This document shows, in pieces, positions 50,785-62,300 of a DNA stretch of 64,000 nt. The stretch spans positions 2,046,001 through 2,110,000 of the forward strand of contig BQFW01000007.1 in the NCBI GenBank assembly GCA_020891255.1, read 5' to 3'. Below the pieces are notes generated by a model that had not been told where the DNA came from, made no database searches, and was given only the letters and a program-made list of their open reading frames with translations. Positions within the stretch are counted from its first letter, which is position 1. Each line of letters begins with the position of its first letter. A program made the position numbers and the translations under genes. The DNA is from Entomortierella parvispora E1425. Taxonomy: Eukaryota; Fungi; Mortierellomycota.

Positions 50785-51974
50785 CTACTTTTGAAAATCG
50801 TCATGGTCCTTGTGAGCTACGAGATGCAAAAATCCCAATGTTAGCCTCCCTCCATAAACCACATGCTGAAAAAAAGGAGGGGAGGAAGCACCCCCTTACA
50901 TGGGACGTTACCTTTGTAGAACGGCGCTTGAATCTCGATGCCCTTGAGGATCATGGCCACCTTCTCCATCACTGTGTTGTTCTCCTCCTTAAGACTCGAC
51001 TGTAGGTTCCAGATCTGGAAAATGTCAGAGCTCCATCTCGAAGATACTGAAAGCCCCAAGATTTCATCACCCGGAGCGATGCAGTCCTCAAACTGCTCGC
51101 CCACAAGTGCCATCAGTAGCTCTCTCCAGGCCACTGGCACGTCCGCCTTCCCTACTCTAAACTTCCAACAGCCTCCATGTTCGTTACGTGCATCTTCCCA
51201 GAGCGGCTTGACTCCTTTGTGCATAAAGTGAATCGAGCAGCGAAGCGTCAGTTTCTCTGGACCGAGGATTTTGTTGTACGCAGTCCAAAAGGTCTAAGAA
51301 GAAACATGACACAAAATAAAAAAAAGTTCAAAACAGTCGAAAACAGGTCAGTCCTTGATCACGCCCCATTTTTCGATATGACAGGCAGCGACAGTCGACT
51401 GAGAGACAAAGTGGTTTACCTGAACAGTGTCCAAGTCTGCAATTGCCTTCAGGTTGTCCGTGTACTGGTCCGGCGTTGTATTGGCGACGTACCTACATAT
51501 AAACATGTATCATCTTTGGTGAGCAAATAGCAAATCGGCACGGGGGAGACATACCACACACCTTCTTCCCACATTGCAACATTGCACATACTTGTCGTGC
51601 CAAAACACCCAGTGGTGCTTCAGAGGATACTTTGTCGAAAGTGCCGCTTTAAGTTCAGAGGATGCAGGGGGAGCATCCGTCATTGGAGCGCGTTTCGAAG
51701 GGAACGAAGACGAGGAAAACGACGACGACGGCGACGAGGATGCAGACGATGATGACGAAGACAGGAAGGGCTGGGGAGAGTTGGGTCGAAGCCGACTTTG
51801 TAACGGAGAGGACATCATCATGGAGCCGTTTTGGAGCAACTCGAGACTTTTGCTTTCAACGCCAACAGGAGCCCCCACCATCCCTCCGAAGGCTCTTGGC
51901 GCCAGTCTTGTTCCTGCTCCTGCTCCTGCTCCTGAACCCGCCAGCTGCTGTTGCGAGGCTATCGAAATTTCCAT
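50785..51974 (-). CDS. Translation initiation factor eIF4E family, class III (eIF4E3)-like
   Basis: Spliced: YPLKHHWVFWHDK|YVANTTPDQYTDNLKAIADLDTVQ|TFWTAYNKILGPEKLTLRCSIHFMHKGVKPLWEDARNEHGGCWK...WRELLMALVGEQFEDC...GLSVS...QIWN...FYK|AHKDHDDFQK*. Stop at 50785-50787. Confidence 0.9.
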
Positions 51975-52696
51975 CGTAATACAAAATGACTATAGAACCA
52001 ACAGGGCAAGTATGGTTGAGACAGGAGAGGTTAAAACTCCACAAGGAGTGGCGACATGGCCGACAGTGAATGCATCACTCAGGGGTGGAAGGACCCCCAT
52101 GCAGCTTTCATGAGGCTGAGGCTGACTTTGACATGGGGGGGTTTTTTTTTCCCGGAAGCCTACCTTCTCTTGCTTCAAACGAACAATGGGGGAGGGGAGT
52201 GTAGGAGGAGAGGGGGGTGAGCAAAGAAAGAAAAAAAAAAGGGAAAAAAAAGACGAAAAAGCGGCGGAAAAGTGCCCTGCCCTTGTCCCCGGGCTCAGCA
52301 CAGGCGGATGGGAGGTCATGGACGTTGCTCTTCACGCACAGCCCGCCTGCCCACCCGCATTGTGTTGCATCCAGAGGGCGCAACCACTCCACCCTGTTCC
52401 ACACAAACACACACAAACACACACAACACGCAACCGATCGCAATCTGGCCACAGATCGTGGGCACGTTTGTCCGACTTGGGTTGCATTGCGTTTAAACGT
52501 GTTTTTCATTTGTGTTATTGACATGATGATGTTGTGGGGTATAAAAAAGGTAAGAACAATGTGCAGGCGTCGATTCGGCGACTGGAGGGGGGCATGGATG
52601 AACAGCGCCGTAGAGATCAAAAGTGTTTTTTTGAGTATGTAGAAAGTTTTAAAAATATATGACAAAGGTGTTGTTGGCTGAATGGATCTTGTTGTT

Positions 52697-55600
52697 TTAG
52701 TCGCGTCCATGTCCTCGATATTGACTGTGGCCGTCGCGACTATCATGATCGCGACTATCATGACTATGGCGACTATCACGGTCGCGACTATGTCGACTGT
52801 CGCCATCACGGCCGCGATCACGCTCGCGCTCCCGTTCACGGTCAAGTTCCCGGTCTCGTCTCCGCTCCCGCTCTCGGATGACAGCATCCATAGCGGCCTT
52901 GTTCCGTTCTGTGGCTGCAATGATGCCCTTGACGGCACGTTCGAGCTGCGCAATGACCTCGGAACTCATGTTTCGAGTGCGAATGTTTTGTGCAAGTCTC
53001 TCCTTCCACTCGCGCGAGTCCTTGCCGGTCGAGTTACTGAGCATGAACCGCGTCTCTTGCTCCGTCTTGTAGCTCTCCAGCATGGACTCTTTTAGCATGT
53101 CTGTCTGCTTCTGAACATCCTTGACAGGGGACTCAAAGTAGTTCAGAGTGCTGTTGTAGAACCTGCTACCTGTGGGCACATGTTCGGTTCCCCCGGGATG
53201 GAAGGCAGACAAGATGGCGTTAAAACCATCGAGAGTTACCTAGGATTGTAAAGGAGCCATAAAGCCGACGAGTCAGTGCAAATGCCCAACAAAAAAGGAG
53301 CTTTTTTTTTTTCCTTACATCGTTCTCGTCCATATCCAGCCAGACCAGACTTTGGTTAATGCAAAGGGCCTCTGCTAGTGCGTGTGCTCCTTGGTCCCCG
53401 AATCGATTCCGCCTGATATCCAGTCTTGTCAAGTAACGGCTCTGGCCCACGCCTTGGAAGGATCGCCATAAATTCCGACCCATACGCGAGGTCAGATCCA
53501 ACGTTTCCTCACCTCGGATCGACAGGTCCTCCAAGCGACTGGAGGGAGAGCTCACCATCTGACCCAAGAATAGGCAGGTCTCCACATCTGGGTCGCGGTT
53601 GGAGGCCAGAGAGACAGAACTCAAGTCTAGCTTTTTGAGTGTCCAGTTCTGACTCAAGGCAACAAAGAGTTGGCGCAAGGATTGTTCGCTCCAGCAAGTC
53701 TGTCGTAGGCCGAGAGAGGTGGCTGTTTCACCGCTGGTCAACACAGACACCAAGCTTTCTGGCAGATCGTTTCCATCTGAAAGAAGGTTCCGTCCTGCAA
53801 AGACTTCCACCTTGTTATTCCGGCTCTGACCAATCGCGTCCAAAAGGCTTCCAAACTGAGCACCATCCAGGCCACATCCTTCGACTTTGAGCAACTCCAT
53901 AGACTGGAACCCCGGACCGGAGACCCAGGAAAGAATCTGATCCAACGTCAATGGATGAAGAGCCATGCCGCTCAAGTCCAAGGAGGTCAAGTAGCCCCCA
54001 CAGTTCGTTAATGCCTCCGCCATGAGAATAGGTGCTTTGCTCCAAGAAGTCTCTGAGAGATTCAAATGCTGAAGGTTCATAGAGTGCTTCAAGAACATGT
54101 CAAGGATGTACGTGTTCACTTTGCTGTCCAGGTTGCCATGAATCCCAAAGAACTCGAGACCATGAGTAGCCACATCGGGATTGGCCACAAAGGCATGCAT
54201 GAGTTGGTTGATGCCGTCGCCAGTGATCTGGCAATGGCCAACACTGAATCCTTGCAGAGTACCCGCGTGCTTGACAATACCCTTGGCGAGGGTCATAACG
54301 TCTGCACCATCAGATGCATTGTTGCCTGACAAGTCGAGATACTCCAGACGAAGACCAGCAGTGAAACCATCTCGAATAGCCCTTCCAATGCTTCCCACGG
54401 TACTGGTGTCCAAGTTGCAGTTTTGAAGGTCCAGATGTTGGATCTGTGGGTTGCCCATCACTAGCTCATAAAACTCCTTATCAAGTCGAAGTCCATAGCG
54501 AACAGTGCCGTCCTTCAAAGTCCGGGGCTTTTGAAGCGCAGCAAAGGAGATGTTGTTGAAACTGATATGTCTGAATGTGGTGTTGAAGCGGAGTGCACGT
54601 AACAAGCACTTCATCTCGTCCACGGAGTAATCGCGACGAGTCTCTGGAGTGTCGCCCGTTTTTCCAACCTTAACAGTGAACCCATCGACGCGGATATTGT
54701 TGTAGATCTTGCGGTCGATGTTCATAGCATAGCACTCTGCTCGGAGGAGGTCCTCGAAGCCCAGATCAGCGAGATAGTCCTTGGAGGGGACTGGGATGGC
54801 CTTGGCAAGTGTCTCTGACATGGAGAGCTCAATTCCTTTGCGACCAAGAGGGTAGAGCCACCGAAGACTTTCGACTCTTGCCCGAATAGCAATGATGATC
54901 TCTCGGGCCCTAGCTGAAGCAAACGTCATGACGACCCTTCGCTGACGAAGGGCGGTACCAAAGCTGATAGAAAAGGTGTCGTCCTTTTCTCGGAAGATGA
55001 TGGCCTTGGCAGAGAGAATGGGGTACTGGAGAATGGCTCGCTCGTCCTTGAGGTCGTCTTTGGTACTGCCGTTTCCAAGATTATGAGGGAGAATATGGAT
55101 AAAAGACTTGCCAATGGCAATGACAACAACCTTCCCTTCCAGCGGGACCTTGGTATCGCTCTGATTGCCATTATCCTGCACCGGCACACCCTTGATTTTT
55201 TGGCTCTTAAAATAAGCTCGCCACATTCCCCCCGCGGTAAGAGCAGTGATGTCGTTTTCAGCCACACTCTGAGGTAGAGCTATATGATCGTCCCTCATTT
55301 TCTCCACAACCCATTGCCGTTGCCGTGTTCCCTTTGCGACCAGCCCGGCTTGGGGCGCATGGTAGTTGCAGCCTTGTCGAAGGTCCTTGAGCCAGGTGTC
55401 GACGTGTTCTGGCAACGGTGTGAAGTGCATCGTTGCGGGCAGAGAGGAGATCGATACCAAGTACTCGATCACGATCTGAAGATCCGAGCCCGCCGTTTGA
55501 TGGGTATGGACACCGACGACCGAGTTCAGGGACAGGATCCGGTTCTCTTTAGCAATCAGACTTGTTTGCTGAGGGGTCAACATCTGGTGCCCTGTGGTAG

Positions 55601-57052
55601 AGGTCCAGACGGACTGGTTACCAAAGACCTTGGAAGCCTTCTCCATGGTCTTGTACCTCAGCAGGCTAGTGTTGGTGAGCATGAGGTACTCCTTTACCTC
55701 CTTGCGGAAGAGCGAGCCCTCGGAATGAGTGGCAGTGCCACCAAAGAGAATCAAAGTATCAGGGGGATACTGCTCCTGCTTTGGCATGAAGAACGAGTCG
55801 ATAGGGACGTGAGGGTGTCCCTGGTAATAGCCCTCCGGCCTCAAAGCAATGGCCTCGGTGTTGAACCTGGGAGCGATCGATGTCCTGGCCGGCAGAGAGT
55901 CATCTGTTTCGTTGATCGGGGCGAGTCGAGGGATTGGGAGCAAACAGCGACGCAGCGGAAGAGGAAGGAACCGTGAGCAAAAGAAAAAAAAAAAAAAAGA
56001 AAAAATTAATTCGCTGGGCGCAATGGGGTGTGACTGCAATCGCGTCGATCGACACAACGCAGCGCGTCGAGGAACGTGGCTCCGTTGGTGTCCCCCGTGC
56101 CCCTTTTGTCACTGGTCTGTCCGATAGCCTGCATTCTTTTTGTTCTTGTGCCCCCAAATCAACCCACAATAAACATCCCTCTGGCCAGTTGGTTCGGGCC
56201 ACCCCCTTCCCCCTTCCTTTTTTTCCTTTCTCATGCATTTCTTTTGTTCTGTTCCTTACCAAGAGCCAAGGACGGAAAATCATCTGATAGGGATGAGACC
56301 GTCGGTGTCGAGAGTGGTGATGAAAGGAACCCTGCTTGCTGACCGTTTCTCAGAGACACGGGCGACAATGGGTATTCCATTGATTGGTGTTGCTGTCGAT
56401 GGATTGGCGCAGTCTGAATGCTCGGGAGTTGGTGTTGTTGGTGCATGGGTGAACTCGAGAACCCCACGTCAGAATAATACTCGGCGTAATCAGACTGTTC
56501 CTCCAGAAATGAGTCTGGAAGAGTCAACGGAGACATCATAGACATGACCAATCCACCTGACCCTCCTCCACCGTTGAAGCCTGGGGTCATCTGGGGTGTC
56601 CTGTAGGAGGACGCTGCGGAAGATGCCGATGAGCTAAGCTGGGGGACCTGGATTGGCTGAGTATGGTAGGCATTAGGGTTGGGGTGGTATGATATCGAGC
56701 CCGATCGGAGAGATTCTTCTCTAGTTGAGCTTAATGCCGATGGTGGAAGCTGAAAGGTCAAAGGAGAGGACGGTTGTGATGATCTTGGTGAGGGTCTGGA
56801 TGAAGGAGGGGATGATGACAAATATGAGTCGTATGCGCATTGCTGCTGCTGTTGAACATGCTGCTGCTGGTAGTGCTGATAGTACAGCGACCCCGACATG
56901 GTCGATGATGAAACGGAGCCATGTCTTTGTCTGGGTGGCCGCTGAGGGATCCCGTTGGAAATATGGTTTTGAATCTCGTCAGAGCTGTAAGCGTTGTGCG
57001 TCTTGATGTGCTGAGGGGATCGTAGTCCTGACGTGGACATAGTGACGCTCAT
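52697..57052 (-). CDS. PH plus leucine-rich-repeat protein with CARMIL (LRRC16)-like LRR module
   Basis: Exon 56260-57052 (MSVTMSTS, S/Q-rich) splices in phase to the large exon (DDSLPART... to ...MDEND at 53319). That exon holds a PH-like segment (KEYLMLTNTSLLRYK) and RI-type LRRs (LEYLDLSGN, LQHLNLSET, LTRLDIRRNRFGDQGAHALAEALCINQSLVWLDMDEND|VTLDGF). The last exon ends in an RD/RE-rich tail. Confidence 0.8.
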
Positions 57053-59301
57053 AATAAAGTGAAAGGAAGGGAGAGAGGAAAAGAGGGGAGGCAAGGAGGA
57101 GTGGAGAGGCAAGGAAGAGAGGGGAAGACGTAAGGATTGAAATCGGAGGGAAATGAATGAACAGAAAGAAGAAAGAAGAGAGGAAAGAGAGTCTTTCAGG
57201 TTGGACAAAGCAGCAGTGACAGAAAGAAGGTTAGTCCCCCTTCTTGGCTGCAACGGCACAGGAGCGTGCATCAACGTTATTCCCTTGCGTTTTTTACTGC
57301 TGTACTCACTTGCAAAGATTTTTTTTTTTTTTTTTTTTTTTTTTGGCCACGCTCAATTGCTCGTGTATCGAGGAGAAAGAAACACTTGGGGCGCTATTCC
57401 TGAGGAAAGGGTGGTGAAATAGCAAACAAAGCTATTTTTTTTAGATAGTTCTAGCTGTAGAATATATAGCAGATCAGGGCGTTCTGCTTGTCCGCGTGCC
57501 AAAGTGTTAACAGGGTGGTTTCGAGGGTGGAGCTGGTAAGTTCAAGGATCAAAGGAAAGAAAAGAAGGACAAGAAAAGTATTTAGTGAGCTGGGGCGTCG
57601 ACAAGATCGGAGTACATGACCCATGGAACATGAGGAACAAAAGTGACCACCTGCTGTGAGATGCACACCATCCTGGGCGAAAGCTACTAGCCAACAGAAT
57701 TGGGCCAATGCGGACAGGTGCAAACAAAATCCACCTTGCTCTGAGGAGTCTAGGCGAAGGAGAGGAGGGTCGCACCGCCGAGCCTTGATCTGTGCCTCAT
57801 AATCACCCAGCACGCAGCCTATGATTGCCTTGTTCGACTTTTTCGACTTCCTCAACCTTGGACAGATGGTGTCACAATCAGCTCCTGCTTTTGCAGGTTC
57901 CTACTCCTCTGAGGGAAAAAAAACATCCTATCACAACTACAGTCTGCACCTGATACCCATTGAATCTGTTGCGAGAGCATCGTCCATGTGCCATGGAACG
58001 CCCAAGGAGTGGAGTGTTCTTGCGAGTGGCCATCTGTAACACAAGAAAACGTTGCCAGTCTTGCCACTGTGGATGTGGAAAGGAAATTGGTCCATCTGAA
58101 ATCTCTCGCTCCCTTGCCCACGAACCATGGCAGCTCCCGCCAACACAGCAAACGGAATAAAGAGCTCATTCGGCTCTCCAAGGCGCGTAATTCTTTGTGC
58201 TCGTCAAAATGTTCATTTAGGGCGTCTGTCATTCAGTTAGGGACATGGCGTGAGATTCTTGAAGAGAGTGAGATGCATGAAAAAAAAAGGTACATGTACA
58301 GTACAAGACGTCGCCCGCTTTTAATTCACTGGCCGTTTCTAATGGGGCCAATTCATGTAGGACAAGCCCCATCATCCAAAACGTTGATTGTTATCTGGTG
58401 CTTTGCAACTGTGGCCAACTGGGTTCGAGCAGGGAACCAGGAGGATGGCCTTAAAGGCTGCTACTGTAGTAAAAATGTCCACATGTTTTTACTTTACTTT
58501 CACTGCCGATGACTAGACGATCTGGAGCGCGTTGGTTGTGGTGCCCTCAACGGTCGAAAGAGAAAGAGAAGAGTTTTATGCAAAAAAAAAAAAGAAAGGC
58601 GAGAGTCGTATTGCTTTCGGGGGTGTGCGCATGCCTGTCCTTCGGCACGTTGCCAAAGCACTGGCACCACAGCACAGGCCAATCAACAAGTGCAACCCAT
58701 GCATGTGCGATTTGTCGGAGTTTAAAAGTGAATGTTCGCCTTCCCTGAGAAGACGACTTGGGGGCGGTAGATGGAGTGGCAACCCTTGTTTCTTTGGAGC
58801 CCGATTGACAAACCCGGTCAAATATAGTCCTGCCTCCAACAGCTCTAGCTCTGTCCGAGATTTTTGCAAGAGCTTGAAGGACTGTCCCAGGTATGGTGCT
58901 CGACGGGAAAGTCCAGAAAGATGGGGCGAGGTTCTGCAAGAGTTCAAAGTGCTCCAACTTCTATTGACCACATTTTTTTTATGGACAAGGGGCCTATAGA
59001 AAACCGCCATTGACCACATGAAATAAACGGTCACAGGCTGCCTGTGGCTTAGACAAACGCGCAGAGGACGCGCCTCTGTTGTGCCTGTCTGTCTGTCGTG
59101 TGCCAGACTGCCAGGCGGTGTCTGCGTGGTGTGCTTGCCCGCATGTCTGCCTGGATGACCCGTGCGTGCACCTGTCTGTCCGTCCGTCGCTCTGTCTGTG
59201 TCCTCTCTGCCGACAGCCGCCCTTTGCCCAGCTGACCCCACCCACCTGCCTGTCATCGCTGTAATGCAAACCCCTTTTTTTTGGCTGCCGTTGTTGCCGC
59301 C

Positions 59302-62300
59302 ATGGAAGTAGTAATGTCGAATGGGTTATTCATGCATGTCACTGCATTTCTCCCCTGCTAACGTTTCGATTCCAGTCCAAGGCAAGCGAGGCCCTCTCGG
59401 CTTTTATTCAGTCGTCACCGCAGAAGAGGTATTCCAAAGGGACCAGGCGGAGCAAAAAGGGACAGCTTGATGATACATTACTGACCTGAACCCTCCTCTC
59501 GTCTCTCCCTTGCTCCTTCTCTCTGTTCTCCCCTCTTCACACATCCGTACTGGCCACTGACTGGACCTTGGCCTCTTGACAGCCGGAATCCCTGCTCTTT
59601 TTCTCTCTCTCCAGAGCACCCTCTCCGTCTGTAGCGATCCAGAGATCCCTACTGTCTCTGTCACTGCAGAGCCATCCCCCAACCGTCACTCGCTGAAGAA
59701 ACACAGCTCCCATCCTTGGCGTCCACTCCAACGCACAGCTCCATGCTGTTATCCCCCACTCCCAAGAAGGAAAAGCGCGAGTCGGCGCCACCCGCGGCTC
59801 GCTCCTGGATCGCATCAAAGTTTTCCTCTGGTGACTCAGGATCGACAGGTGACCGGTCAAAGCAGCAACCGCCACCACAGCAGCGACGAGCAAGTGCGTA
59901 TGCGCTAATACCCCCATACTCTCCTAATTCTCTGCGACCTCTGCCAGCCCTTCCCTTGTCCCGGACTCCACCCTTGCCATCGTCTGAGGATTCGATAAAG
60001 GTCCCAGTAGACGATGATGCTGTTCAGCAGCTGCCTCGCCCATCTGCGATCTTGACTACAAACCTACACCCAAACATTCATTCGCCCCGTTCTCTGTCGC
60101 CACAGCTCAGGGCAATAAATGCTGGGGGAGGAACCTCGGCTGATGACAGACGGTCCTCACTGGAACATCAGTCGAGCATGAGCAGTAACAACAGCAGTAA
60201 CAATTCGCATCGTGGCTCTTTGGCAAGTTTACGGCACCAACATCAGCACCAATACCAGCAACAGCAACAGCAGCAACAACAGCAACATTTGAAACAGCAA
60301 CAGCAACAGCAAAGCTTGGCTGATCCTCGCCGTATGGATCACGCGGTACCGATAATTGGACAAATGCAAGAGCAAGGGAAATCAGGATACCGCGAGGACT
60401 ATGGACCATCTTATGGATACCCATCTGGAGCTTCCACTCCGATCCCTCCTCTAACAGCACCAGAAGTAGATCCAGATCCAGGAATGGGACCAATGCAGAC
60501 AACAGCACATGGGGGTCCGCGGCGAAATAGCAACCAATTCTCGCCCAGCGGGACAAAGATTTCCAATCAGGATTCACTGCACCATCACCTCAGCAATCTT
60601 TTGCATGACAACCCCTGTCAGAGCGCGTCCTCGAGTCCAACGAGTTCCTCGGCTCAATCAGGATCCGTCGTTCCGTGGACGGCAGCTTCCCTGTCGCAGG
60701 TAAACTCTCCTCAATCCCCTTTTACTCCTCGCAGTGGCCTGCTGTCATCATCACTACCGTTGTCTCCGGCAATATCTCTACCTTCTTCCTGCAGAGTACA
60801 AAACGAGGGATCGGAAATTGGATCCCTTTCATCCTCAACTCTCGCACCGGTTATTCTCCCGGACTCTCAGCAGCCCATTGGGGATTCAAAAGACCTTCAA
60901 CCATACTACCCACCACCTCCATCTAGTTTGATCAACACCCAGCGACCCCACTTTCACTCCCAAGAATCCATTGCTGACAGGGAGTCTGGATCCCTAATTT
61001 CAACGAGTACAACGGCCGCCACTCCAGCAATGACAACCGGTTCAGCCATGACCCTGATGCCCACTCGCAGCAGACGCCACTCTACCAGTGCAGGCACGCT
61101 CTCTGTTCAAACACAGCACCTCAACTCACTCCCAAAGGGACCAAGTACGACTGATTCCAGTTCACCTGCTGGTGGTAAACTGTTGGATAAGAGACCCCAT
61201 CTCAAGAATAGTATCTCTGGCCCAAGGCACTTGGCATCACAGCTTCCCCCACGGCAGTCCCCGAATCATCTTGCTATTCCTCAGAAATCATTAATATCGC
61301 GCCCCGTTTTGACGCAGAGCACATCCCACTATGAACCAATAACTCCGGGAACCCCTCAGAACCGACATCATTCCACTCTTCGGCTCGAACCACCCACTGG
61401 AAGTAGTGACGGCAAGCAACACTACAATCCACGCCAGCAGCACCTTGCACATGAGCAGCAGCAGCAACATCGTCATCAGCACCACAACCAATCTCAAAAA
61501 CAGTCAAATTCCCACCAGGCTCACTCTCCAAAGACGACCAGTCCTTCTAGTTCGACATTGTTGGACGCTTTCCAGGATAGGACTGCCATGGCATTGATGC
61601 AGCGGTATCTTACTCATCCGGACGACCCTGAGTCTGAAGTTGACATTGCGATGCAAATCATGATATCTCAAGCAGCCGTGGACTCGAAGGGGTTTGAGGT
61701 TCTTGTTCCGGCAACAGTGGAAAATGTCAAGCGGGTAAGGAGCGTCGATAATCACGCTGTTGTCACAATTGCACATTCACACGCATCTTATCTCTCCATT
61801 ACTGCTTCATTCACTCGTTAATATACGCTGACGTGTAAAACTCGTTTAATCTCGAAATGTAGCATCACGCAACTATCAGTTCTCGCATCGCGGCATTGAC
61901 GGCACGGCTGTCACTAGAGTCCAAAATTAGAGAGGCTGCCCAGTCACTGCTCAAATTGCATGCAGAAAACAAAAAACTTGCTCGCCAGGCAAGCGATCAC
62001 CTCGAAGCTGCCAATCGGAAAGTGGATCAGGTGGCAACCGAGCTCTGGAAGCTAACTCAATTAGCAGCGGATCTACAACGGACTCTTTTGCAACACACAT
62101 CCGGTGTCTTGGCTCTGGGAGTTGTTCGCTTGGAGGACCAGAGTCGGAGAGAAAGGGAATTTCACGCTATTCAACTTCAACAGGCTACTGAAGGTCCAAA
62201 CCATGAAGAACAAATGTAAGTCTCTCCCTTTTTTTTATTTTGTTTTATTTACTAAAGGTAAAAGGAAGGAGTACTGACATTAGCCATTGTTTGGTATAGT

